Assembly (NCBI GenBank): GCA_963662665.2
Contig: CAXXJS010000016.1
Location: 32,001 to 96,000 of the forward strand
Source of the DNA: Candidatus Latescibacterota bacterium
GTDB lineage: Bacteria; Latescibacterota; UBA2968; GCA-2709665
Length of the DNA: 64,000 nucleotides
Reading direction: 5' to 3'
The notes under the pieces were generated by a model. That model had not been told where the DNA came from. It saw only the letters and a program-made list of their open reading frames with translations, and ran no database searches. The translations under genes and the position numbers were made by a program. The first letter of the stretch is position 1; each line of letters starts with the position of its first letter. Positions 9,722 through 18,779 of this stretch are shown piece after piece.

Positions 9722-10603
9722 ATGCCTGCAACGGTAATGCGCCAGCAGAACGGAATCTCATCACGGGGAAAGATACGGACGGCGCTTGAGCTTTATCTCA
9801 AGGATATCGCATACAATGCTCTGCTCACGCCGCAACAGGAAGTAACGTTGGCCAAGCGTATCCGGGCTGGCGACCGCAAGAGTCTGGAACAGATGGTCGA
9901 GTGCAACCTCCGGTTCGTCATCACGATTGCCAAGGAATACCAGGGGCGTGGCTTGCCCCTGGAGGATCTGATTGCCGAGGGCAATCTCGGCCTGGTTCGC
10001 GCAGCTACGCGGTACGACGAAACGGTAGGCGTCAAATTTACAACCTATGCTGTCTGGTGGATCCGGCAGGGCATTCTATCATCACTTGCCGAAAAGGCCC
10101 GTATGGTCAGGCTTCCCGTAAACAAGATCAAACACCTGTGCCGGCTGGAGCGTATCGCATCAAGCCTGAAGCAGAAACTTGGCCGCGAGCCTAGCATCGA
10201 CGAGATCGCGGTGGGGGCGGAGATGCAGCCCAAGCAAGCGCAGGATCTGTTGAACGCGTCGCGATGGCACGTGTCCCTCGACATGCCGCTGGAAGAAGGT
10301 CCGGATTCTTCTTTGCTCGAAGTGCTTGAAGATAAAGACCAGGTATCGCCCGAAAATGAAGTGATGGAACAGGCGATGGCCGACGAGATCCGGGCCGCAC
10401 TGGATTCCCTGTCTTCCCGCGAAGCTCGAATTCTGCGGCTCTATTTCGGCATCAACGGCGAAGACTCAATGACGCTGGAACAAATCGGCAATCAACTGAG
10501 TCTTACTAAGGAGCGGGTCAGACAGATTCGAGACAAGGCGCTTGCCGCACTTAAACACCCGTCGCGAGTGCGCAAGATCCGATCTTACCTTACGGAGAAC
10601 TGA
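9722..10603 (+). CDS. RNA polymerase sigma-70 factor, RpoD/SigA-like, lacking region 1.1
   Basis: YLKDI, NLRFVITIAKEY, DLIAEGNLGL, KFTTYAVWWIRQ, TLEQIG..LTKERVRQI. Confidence 0.93.
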   Translation: MPATVMRQQNGISSRGKIRTALELYLKDIAYNALLTPQQEVTLAKRIRAGDRKSLEQMVECNLRFVITIAKEYQGRGLPLEDLIAEGNLGLVRAATRYDETVGVKFTTYAVWWIRQGILSSLAEKARMVRLPVNKIKHLCRLERIASSLKQKLGREPSIDEIAVGAEMQPKQAQDLLNASRWHVSLDMPLEEGPDSSLLEVLEDKDQVSPENEVMEQAMADEIRAALDSLSSREARILRLYFGINGEDSMTLEQIGNQLSLTKERVRQIRDKALAALKHPSRVRKIRSYLTEN

Positions 10604-10608
10604 AAACC

Positions 10609-11043
10609 GTGGCACACGACACCACCAGGAATCCGGAATGCTCCCTCAGGGGTTCGGTATCACCCTTATTGGACATTGTGGGCGTGCACCACATCACCCT
10701 TGTAGCGCGCAATCTGGATCGATCCAGATCCTTTTACGAGAAATTCCTGGGTCTGCATCCGATCCCCCGGCCCAGTTACGATTTCGAAGGCGCCTGGTAC
10801 CAATGCGGAAGCGTGGAAATACATCTGCTGGTAGCGGAAGAGCACCCGGATCCGTCCAGGCGCCACATCGCGCTTGAGGTTTTGGACTTTGAACGTGTCG
10901 TCAAATCTCTGGACGGCGGGTGGGTGCAGGTCGTCGGCGGCCCGGGAATCAGACCGCACGACGGTAGCCGGTTTGTCTTTCTCCAGGATCCCGACGGCAA
11001 CCTGATTGAAATCACGTGTCACGGTACAAAACGCGAGGGTTGA
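10609..11043 (+). CDS. VOC/glyoxalase family protein (start uncertain)
   Basis: HHITL..FYEKFLGL, HIAL, QDPDGNLIEI. Confidence 0.85.
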   Translation: MAHDTTRNPECSLRGSVSPLLDIVGVHHITLVARNLDRSRSFYEKFLGLHPIPRPSYDFEGAWYQCGSVEIHLLVAEEHPDPSRRHIALEVLDFERVVKSLDGGWVQVVGGPGIRPHDGSRFVFLQDPDGNLIEITCHGTKREG

Positions 11044-11052
11044 GTCGACGTC

Positions 11053-11098
11053 AAACGGGAAGCGGGCCGCGATGGATATCGCGGCCCGCTTCCCGTTT
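11053..11098. terminator. Bidirectional terminator hairpin between convergent VOC gene and gcvPB
   Basis: Perfect 21-bp stem AAACGGGAAGCGGGCCGCGAT / ATCGCGGCCCGCTTCCCGTTT, 4-nt loop. Confidence 0.8.
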
Positions 11099-11119
11099 AT
11101 GAAGACATCGCCAAAGGCG

Positions 11120-12571
11120 TTACGTGGACCTCCCGGCTCGCAACACCGGTTTCCGCGCGGCCGTTGCTTCATCCAGCCGCCGCACGGGCGTGTGGCGCGG
11201 AGCGCTGTGCAACAGGTCGGGATTCTCTTCCGCTTCCGTGGCGATCCGAACCATGGCTTCGATGAACTCGTCAAGCTGTTCAAGGCTCTCGGTCTCCGTC
11301 GGCTCGATCAGCATCGCTTCCGGCGCAACCCGGGGCAGCGGAAAGTAAATGGTGGGCGGATGATGACCGTAGTCGATCAATCTTTTGGCGATATCCAGGG
11401 CGCTCACTCCGTTGGACCTTTTCTGTCGTGACGCCGAGAGTACCATTTCATGCATGGGCTGAGCCGATTTCGGGCGGTCAAAATAGCCGTCCAGCCGGCT
11501 GGCGATATAATTGGCGTTCAGGACGGCCATTTCGCTCGTGCGCCGCATCCCTTCCGCACCCAACATTCTGGCGTAAACGTATGCGCGAATCACCATCCCG
11601 AAATTCCCGTAGAACGTACTGACCTTTCCGATTGACCGCGGGCGATCGTAGTCCAGACCGAAGCGTTCGCCGCCTTTCGTTACGACCGGGACCGGCAAAT
11701 AAGGCAGAAGTGCTTCTTTCACGCCAACCGGCCCGGACCCGGGGCCGCCGCCGCCATGCGGGGTGGTAAAGGTCTTGTGCAGGTTGATGTGAACCACGTC
11801 AAAACCCATATCTCCCGGCCGGCACTGTCCCAGAAACGCGTTCAGATTCGCGCCATCGTAATAGAGCAGCCCCCCGCCATCGTGGACCACCTGCTGTATC
11901 TCCAGGATTTCGTCCTCAAATACGCCGAATGTATTGGGATTGGTCAGCATCAGTCCCGCCACCCGGTCGTTCATCTTGGCCTTCAGGTCCTCAACGTCCA
12001 CGGTTCCGCGGTCGGTGGATTTCAATGTCTCCACCCGAAAGCCGCACATCGCGGCGGTAGCCGGGTTCGTGCCGTGAGCCGAATCAGGAATCAGCACGAC
12101 CTGCCTCCCATCCTGTCTCTCCCGGTGGTACGCTGCTATCAGCGAGATGCCGACGAATTCTCCCTGCGCTCCTGCCGCAGGCTGAAACGTAAATCCGTCC
12201 ATCCCGGTTACGGCTTTCAATATGGAATCCATTTCCCAGAGGACGCGTAATGCCGCCTGCGAAGACGACGCATCCGCGAGCGGATGCAATCCCGCGAAAT
12301 CGGGCAGACGCGCGGTGCGTTCGTGTACCTTGGGATTGTACTTCATTGTACACGAACCCAACGGATAAAAGGCGGTATCGATACTGAAGTTCATGGACGA
12401 CAGATTCACGTAGTGGCGCACCAGTTCCAGCTCGCCGACTTCCGGCAGCGCCGGCGCGTTTTGCCGATACATCCCGTCGGGGATTGGCACAACCGGAGCG
12501 CCGGCATCCGGGAACGTCGTACAGCGCCGCCCGCTTTCACCTCGTTCGAATATAAGCAGATCCTTATCCAT
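11120..12571 (-). CDS. gcvPB: Glycine dehydrogenase (decarboxylating) subunit 2
   Basis: YPLGSCTMKYNP, QPAAGAQGE, SAHGTNPA, HINLHKTF..PHGGGGPG. Confidence 0.95.
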   Translation of the reverse strand: MDKDLLIFERGESGRRCTTFPDAGAPVVPIPDGMYRQNAPALPEVGELELVRHYVNLSSMNFSIDTAFYPLGSCTMKYNPKVHERTARLPDFAGLHPLADASSSQAALRVLWEMDSILKAVTGMDGFTFQPAAGAQGEFVGISLIAAYHRERQDGRQVVLIPDSAHGTNPATAAMCGFRVETLKSTDRGTVDVEDLKAKMNDRVAGLMLTNPNTFGVFEDEILEIQQVVHDGGGLLYYDGANLNAFLGQCRPGDMGFDVVHINLHKTFTTPHGGGGPGSGPVGVKEALLPYLPVPVVTKGGERFGLDYDRPRSIGKVSTFYGNFGMVIRAYVYARMLGAEGMRRTSEMAVLNANYIASRLDGYFDRPKSAQPMHEMVLSASRQKRSNGVSALDIAKRLIDYGHHPPTIYFPLPRVAPEAMLIEPTETESLEQLDEFIEAMVRIATEAEENPDLLHSAPRHTPVRRLDEATAARKPVLRAGRST

Positions 12572-13915
12572 TAGACGTCTCTCCAGGCATCAACCAGACG
12601 CGCAACGTCCGCCCTGGTCTTCGTTTCGGTCACACAGGTCAGTATGCACCGGTCCAGTTCCGGATAGAAACGTCCCAGATCGATACCGCCCGCGATGCCT
12701 TGTCGCCGTAACGCTTCCAGAGCTTCCTGCGCCGGCCGGGGCGTTTCAACCACGAACTCATTGAACGACGCGCCGGAGAACTTGACTGAAAGCCCGTCGA
12801 TCTCGCACAGCGCCGCCGCCGCATCGTGGCTTCGGTTCCAGTTCAACATGCCGACTTCCCGCAAGCCGTCCGGCCCGAGCGACGCAAGATAAACGGTTGC
12901 CGCCGTTGCGCATAACGTCTGATTTGTGCAAATATTCGAAGTTGCTCGTTCGCGTCGGATATGCTGTTCGCGGGTCTGCAGCGTCATCACGAACCCGCGC
13001 CTGCCATCCACATCGGTGGTCTGCCCGACCACCCGGCCGGGCATTCGTCGGATATGCTGTTCGCGGGTGGCGAACATCCCAACGTAAGGGCCCCCGTAGG
13101 ACAACGGCAGACCCAGCGGCTGCCCGTCGCCAACCACAATGTCCGCTCCGAAATCACCGGGCGGGCGGATCACACCCAGGGAAATCGGATTTACCGCCGC
13201 GACATAGACCGCCCGATCATCTCGTACCAGGCATCCCAGTGCTTCCAGCGGTTCGAGCACGCCCACAAAATTCGGATTCTGTACCACCACCGCGGCGGTG
13301 TCGTCGTTCAACTCCGCATCGACGCGGTCCAGGTCGATCGTTCCGGCTTCCGTCCAGGGTATTTCCACCAATTCCAGTCCAATCCCCCTGACATACGTTT
13401 CGACCACCCGCCGGTAAAACGGATGCAGACTGCGCGGCAGCAGTACGCGGGAGCCGCCATTGATCCGCACCGCCATCATCACAGCCTCCGCGAGTGCGGA
13501 CGCCCCCGTCGTACATGGAAGCATTGGCCACTTCCATACCCGTCAGTTCGCAGACCATGGTCTGAAACTCGAAAATCGCCCGCAGGGTTCCCTGGCTCAC
13601 CTCCGCCTGATACGGCGTATAGGCCGTATAGAACTCGCTGCGTGAAATCATTGCATCGACGACGCTGGGCGTGAAATGCTCGTAGGCGCCGCCGCCCGCG
13701 AAAGACAGCCCCGGCGTTTCTGCCCGCGCCGACCGTCCCAGATCCTGAACCAGCTCAAGCGCCTCCATCTCGCTGATGCCGGCGGGCAGATCCAGGGAAT
13801 TCAACCGAAGGGATTCCGGCACCGGTTCAAACAACGCCCCTACTGAATCGACCCCGATTGCCTCCAGCATCCTCCGGATATCTCGATCCGTATGCGGTGT
13901 ATAGTTCACGAACAA
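12571..13915 (-). pseudogene. gcvPA: Glycine dehydrogenase subunit 1, split by a +1 frameshift (real or sequencing error)
   Basis: N-half YTAYTPYQAEVSQG..NASMYDG in one frame; C-half ASALAEA..TREQHIRRERATSNICTNQ in another; junction at C5 run 13503-13507. Confidence 0.88.
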
Positions 13916-13946
13916 ATCCCCGTAAATTGCAATGATGGGCGGGTGT

Positions 13947-14669
13947 CTATTTCTTCAAATACGTATATTCCAGACTATCGTTCGGTTGCCACCCAAGAAT
14001 GCGTTTTGCTTTATCGTTTATAAACTGACCGTGCGGGCGATTTCCGAAGATATTGAATACCTCGCAACGCGACGGCAGCCGTTCCGGTCCAATAGTCAAC
14101 CCCGGCAGGAACGCGGCGGCCGCGTCACGCCACGACACCAGAAACGACCAGTCCCGGGCCGGCTCGGCCGACGCGTCGTGGTCCCGAAAAATGCAGAACA
14201 GATAGCACAATACGTAAACGTTGGAATGCAGGGTAAAGATCCTGCATATTTCCTGCCCCAATCCCTTGGACAGCGCGTACAGGTTCGTACTCGGCTTCGG
14301 CGGCACGTCCGGGCCGATCCCGTAGTCCCACGCCGTGTAGGGTTCGCCCTGCACGGTAAAGTGCGGCCCCGTGTTGATAACCCGGCGTATGCCGTGTTTC
14401 ACTGCTGCGCGCATGACGTTATAACACCCCAGCGTATTTACGTCGAACGCGATTTTCCGGTGCGGACGCAGGACGGACAGGTTGATGATCGCGTCCATCC
14501 CCTCGGCAGCGCGCATAACGGCCTCCGGGTCCGCAACGTCCACGGCCATCGTGTCGTGGGGCGAGTCGAATGGTTCCAGGTCCGTTATTCGCAGCGAGAC
14601 GTGCCCCTCCAGCGCTTTCACGACGTGCGGCCCCAACATCCCGTTACCGCCGTATATCACGACTCTCAT
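13947..14669 (-). CDS. NAD-dependent epimerase/dehydratase (extended SDR), copy 1
   Basis: YGGNGMLG, DVNTLG, YALSK catalytic motif. Confidence 0.88.
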   Translation of the reverse strand: MRVVIYGGNGMLGPHVVKALEGHVSLRITDLEPFDSPHDTMAVDVADPEAVMRAAEGMDAIINLSVLRPHRKIAFDVNTLGCYNVMRAAVKHGIRRVINTGPHFTVQGEPYTAWDYGIGPDVPPKPSTNLYALSKGLGQEICRIFTLHSNVYVLCYLFCIFRDHDASAEPARDWSFLVSWRDAAAAFLPGLTIGPERLPSRCEVFNIFGNRPHGQFINDKAKRILGWQPNDSLEYTYLKK

Positions 14670-14781
14670 ATCCCTCTCCGAAGGTGTCCCGTACCGTTAG
14701 TCCGGAGACCGGCGCCATGCCTGGCCGGTCCAGTATGTACGGGAGACGGTCTCCGAAATTCCGCCAGCCTGCGCGGGCTGT

Positions 14782-15504
14782 CTATTTTTTCAGGTAGGTA
14801 TATGCCATCCCGTCCCGGGGTCGCCAACCCAGAATCCGCCTGGTCTTTTCGTTTGTAAAATGCCCGTGCGGCCGATCGCCGAGAATATCGAATACCTCGC
14901 AACGCGACGGCAGACGCTCCAGTGGAATCTTCAATCCGGGGAGGAACGCGGCGGCGGCATCCCGCCACGATACCATAAAAGACCGGTCATGAACAGGTTG
15001 AGAGAATGGATTATGATCGCGGAAACTCCAGAACAGGTAACACAACACGTACACGTCGAAGTTCGAGGCGAAAATCCTGCAGATTTCCTGACCCAGTCCC
15101 TTGGACAGCGCGTACAGATTCGTCCCGGGCTTCGGAGGCACGCCGGGGCCGATGTGATAGTCCCAGTTCACGTAGGATTCTCCCTGCACGGTAAAGTGCG
15201 GGCCCGTGTTGATGACACGGCGTATGCCGTGTTTCACCGCCGCCCGCATGACGTTGAAGCACCCCAGAGTGTTCACGTCGAACGCGACTTTTCGATGCGG
15301 ACGCAAGACGGAAAGGTTGATGATCGCATCCATCCCTTCGGACGCGCTGATAACGGCCTCCGGGTTCGCAACGTCCACTGGCATCATTTCGTGGGACGTT
15401 TCGAACGGCTCCAGATCGGTTATCCGCAGGTTCACGTGACCCTCCAGCGCCTTCACCACGTGCGGTCCCAACATCCCGTTGCCACCGTAAATCACAACTC
15501 TCAT
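14782..15504 (-). CDS. NAD-dependent epimerase/dehydratase (extended SDR), copy 2 (tandem paralog)
   Basis: Same 240-aa length and motifs as copy 1; GGAG RBS before ATG 15504. Confidence 0.88.
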   Translation of the reverse strand: MRVVIYGGNGMLGPHVVKALEGHVNLRITDLEPFETSHEMMPVDVANPEAVISASEGMDAIINLSVLRPHRKVAFDVNTLGCFNVMRAAVKHGIRRVINTGPHFTVQGESYVNWDYHIGPGVPPKPGTNLYALSKGLGQEICRIFASNFDVYVLCYLFWSFRDHNPFSQPVHDRSFMVSWRDAAAAFLPGLKIPLERLPSRCEVFDILGDRPHGHFTNEKTRRILGWRPRDGMAYTYLKK

Positions 15505-15730
15505 GTCCATCTCCGGCACAGGTCGGATTTCACTGCCTGACCTTGATTCGTACTTCTTCGGGGAAGTAAAACCGAACATATGCAAGTGGATAAAGGTGAT
15601 TTAACTTCTGATTACCAGGATACACCAGGTCACTGGACGTAAACTGAAAAAACGTCCTTTTTTACGACCGTTGTGCCCCGTTTCAGGGGTTTTCGTCCCG
15701 CCGCCGCGCTGCTGTTTTTTCCAATTGGGG

Positions 15731-16375
15731 CTAAATGCCAAGAGCTCTTTTGGCCTGGTCGATGGGAAACCTCGCGCACTCCACCTCGGACTGCACGTGC
15801 AGTACCCGCCACATCGGCCCGTCATTCGACAGCGCCGACGCGATCGCCCTCACCGCGTCATCCATCGTCAATGCCGCGTCGCCTTCGCCCCCCACGTCGC
15901 CGAAACGCAGACACGTCACGCGCAACGAGTGCTCCCGCGCAAACTCCCTGCAGGTGAATTCACCAAGGTACCTCGCCATCGGCGCGGCTTCGGTTGACGG
16001 CCGCGGCGCCCATTGCTCATTTACGTTCCAATTCGGATCACACGCCTCAAACAGGCTGAGGGAACTCACGTACACGACGTGCCCGACCTTCTTCTCCCTG
16101 GCGGCGTGCAGCAGATTGTAGGTACACCGCGTCTGAAAGTCGATTTCGCGTTCGTCGGTCTCCAACCCTTCGGGCAGCTGCGCGAGGTGTACGATCGCAT
16201 CCATCCCGTCCACCAGGGATTCCGATTCTCCATCGTGACCCAATTCACACTTTAGAAAGTCGAGTTCCGTGGACACGTCCACGACGTCCGTCAACGTCAC
16301 CTTGTGTTGCGGCGACAGTTCCGCCGCCAACGCCCGGGCCAACGATGTCGCTCCAGAGGTAATCAGTATTCTCAT
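15731..16375 (-). CDS. SDR/epimerase-fold protein with degenerate cofactor and catalytic motifs
   Basis: MRILITSGATSLA, GMDAIVHLA, TYNLLHAA, VVYVSS; YxxxK absent. Confidence 0.75.
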   Translation of the reverse strand: MRILITSGATSLARALAAELSPQHKVTLTDVVDVSTELDFLKCELGHDGESESLVDGMDAIVHLAQLPEGLETDEREIDFQTRCTYNLLHAAREKKVGHVVYVSSLSLFEACDPNWNVNEQWAPRPSTEAAPMARYLGEFTCREFAREHSLRVTCLRFGDVGGEGDAALTMDDAVRAIASALSNDGPMWRVLHVQSEVECARFPIDQAKRALGI

Positions 16376-16535
16376 AACTCGCGCTCCTGTTTCACGAATT
16401 TCCTTTCGTTCGTGAATATGCAAACCACTTGCGACGTGGACCCCGGCCAGTCCGGGAATGGGCGGTCGCCGGTACCACCGATGATCCCTGTGATTCGTTA
16501 CCGGCGACGAAGGTTCCAATTCACCGGACGTGGTA

Positions 16536-16859
16536 CTAAACGGCTACGACGCGTCGTTTTCCCTCCCTGTTTTCCGACGGGATGATTCGGATCTCAATAT
16601 CGCGATTCAGGCGGGTAAGAAACGTCATCAATCGCTCAACGCTGTAATGATTGAACTTTCCCTTCTTCAGACGGGATATTTCCGGTTGCTTCACTCCTAA
16701 CACCTCTGCCGCCTCCGCCTGGGTAAGCTTACGTTTTCCGATAATCTGGAACACTTCAAATCCAAGCGTCGATTTAAGAAACAGCTCCTCAGCGTCAGGC
16801 AAATCAAGATCCTCGAACACATTGCCCGAACTCTTTTCAATCTTGATTTTGTCGCTCAT
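16536..16859 (-). CDS. XRE-family HTH antitoxin (HigA-like)
   Basis: SSGNVFEDL, LTQAEAAEVLGVKQPEISRL, SVERLMTFL, DIEI. Confidence 0.88.
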   Translation of the reverse strand: MSDKIKIEKSSGNVFEDLDLPDAEELFLKSTLGFEVFQIIGKRKLTQAEAAEVLGVKQPEISRLKKGKFNHYSVERLMTFLTRLNRDIEIRIIPSENREGKRRVVAV

Positions 16860-17055
16860 AACCCGCCTCCAATTCCTGCGCCACTCTCAGTCGTCTCCTG
16901 ACAGGATCGAGGTCTTTCTTCGGAGTCCTTCTACCGCGACTTGACTTCTTTTGAAAACAGTCTTCCTTCCGGACCGGCACGGGAAATTCCTTCAGCTTTT
17001 TCCTGGATTCTCCGATCCACAAGACTTCCTTTAAGTTCCATTGGGCGCGAAACAC
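16837..17055 (-). pseudogene. RelE/ParE-superfamily (Gp49/DUF891-like) toxin remnant with internal in-frame deletion
   Basis: N-terminal WIGESRKKLKEFP..VR fused directly to C-terminal CFQKKS..TPKKDL..RRRL; overlaps antitoxin start. Confidence 0.75.
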
Positions 17056-17060
17056 TACAT

Positions 17061-17089
17061 AATATAACCAAATGGCTATAAAATGTCAA
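17061..17089 (-). promoter_or_regulatory. TA operon promoter with palindromic operator
   Basis: Minus strand TTGACA-17-TATATT; imperfect palindrome TATAACCAAATGGCTATA at 17063-17080. Confidence 0.7.
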
Positions 17090-17189
17090 GGGTTTCGACA
17101 TAAACAACGCCCGACAGACTACTTCATTATGGACAGGATTTACACGTTCGAAGGCAGAGAATCCGGATGGTCGTACAGCCGAGCCTGAT

Positions 17190-17708
17190 TCACAGGTATT
17201 GAAAGTACGTTACCTGGGGCTGCGCAATGTTGAATCCGGCTTTTTCATAAGCCCGGCGTGCGGGCGCGTGCCCCTCGTCCAGCCCGGTACCGACACACGC
17301 AAAACGAAGCCCTTCCGACCGAAAGTAGTCCAGCGCATATCGGTACATCGCCGTACCAAGCCCCTTACCCTGTGCTTCGGGCGCAACGGCATTGTTCGTA
17401 ATTCTACCAAGGGATTTCTCCCGATCGATCGAAAACGTCAGGAACGCAACCACGTTGTCCGTCTCCATTGCGGCTACAACCCGGAACCACTCCGGGTTCG
17501 ACTCCCAGTGACGACGTACCGCGGCTGTTTTCTCTTCTTCCCAGTTCGCGCACAGCACGGCGTGCATTTCGTCTCCCATAATCTCGACGGAACTGACGTG
17601 GATCCTCTGCCACGCCTGCCGGGCGATCTCACCCGCAAGCTCCATGTCTTCTGAAGCCGCCCGTCGTATTTGAAACCCGGGAGTGAGTACAGATTCCGGC
17701 CGGCTCAT
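17190..17708 (-). CDS. GNAT family N-acetyltransferase
   Basis: NAVAPEAQGKGLG, ARRAYEKAGF. Confidence 0.88.
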   Translation of the reverse strand: MSRPESVLTPGFQIRRAASEDMELAGEIARQAWQRIHVSSVEIMGDEMHAVLCANWEEEKTAAVRRHWESNPEWFRVVAAMETDNVVAFLTFSIDREKSLGRITNNAVAPEAQGKGLGTAMYRYALDYFRSEGLRFACVGTGLDEGHAPARRAYEKAGFNIAQPQVTYFQYL

Positions 17709-17944
17709 CCAACCTCCTGATAACTCCGATACGGCGATATGTTATCCATTTTGTGTCTGCATGCCGGGTAAATCCGTTACAGAAGGGGACAGCCGGGTTT
17801 TCGTCGGCTATTCGTCACGCGGACGGACACAAACGTACTGCCGGGGGCGCTATTCCCAACACACAAAGGCGTTGACTTTCGGACTTGAGCCGATATCTTG
17901 AAATTGAACCCTACAACCAGCCAGGCACGAAAGGAGCGCCACGG

Positions 17945-18709
17945 ATGAAACTTGGAATCGTTACTTACCAGATCGCCAAAGACTGGGATGTCCCCACACT
18001 GATCGACATGTGCCATACTACCGGGATGCAGGGGGTTGAACTGCGCACCACACACGCCCACGGCGTGGAAATCGACCTTTCACCCATTCAGCGCAGCGCA
18101 GTAAGGCGTCGGTTCGAAGACGCGGGCATTGATATCGTCGGTCTCGGAAGCGTCTGTGAATACCACGCCGTGGAACCGGAGACCGTGCGCCAGAACATCG
18201 ACGAAACCGTCGAAAACGCGAGACTCGCCGCGGACCTGGGCTGCCCCGGTGTAAAGGTGCGACCCAACGGGCTGCAGACGGATAGAGGCATCCCCGAAGA
18301 AAAGACCCTTGAACAGATCGGTCTCGCACTCAGGGAATGCGGTGAAGCCGCTGCCAGCCTAGGCGTCCAGATTCGAGTGGAGGTCCATGGCCGGGACACC
18401 TGCGAACCCCGGCGCATGCGCACCATCATCGACCATGCCGACCACCACAACGTCTGTCTCTGCTGGAACTCGAATCCGCAGGACGTCGTCAACGGTTCGG
18501 TCAAGCCGGGTTTCGACCTGCTGAAACATAAAATCGGGCTTGTGCACATCAATGAACTGCACAAGGCCGAATACCCATGGCGGGAACTCTTCAGTCTCCT
18601 GAAAGACGAGGGATATGACGGGTATACCCTGGCCGAAATCCCCGCCAGCCCGGAGCCGGAGCGCCTGTTGCGCTACTACCGGGCGCTTTGGGAGGCGCAA
18701 ACGGCCTGA
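17945..18709 (+). CDS. Sugar-phosphate isomerase/epimerase (xylose-isomerase-like TIM barrel)
   Basis: GVELR, RVEVHG, CWNS, VHINE, YTLAE; AAGGAG RBS. Confidence 0.82.
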   Translation: MKLGIVTYQIAKDWDVPTLIDMCHTTGMQGVELRTTHAHGVEIDLSPIQRSAVRRRFEDAGIDIVGLGSVCEYHAVEPETVRQNIDETVENARLAADLGCPGVKVRPNGLQTDRGIPEEKTLEQIGLALRECGEAAASLGVQIRVEVHGRDTCEPRRMRTIIDHADHHNVCLCWNSNPQDVVNGSVKPGFDLLKHKIGLVHINELHKAEYPWRELFSLLKDEGYDGYTLAEIPASPEPERLLRYYRALWEAQTA

Positions 18710-18779
18710 ACCGAGGCACAATCGCGATCAGGGCATCAACACGGCGGCACGTGGAACGGTCCCGGCGGCTGGCATTCCC

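Noticed and set aside
13916-13946. Glycine riboswitch upstream of gcvPA
   Set aside because: Only about 30 bp of intergenic space; no aptamer motifs
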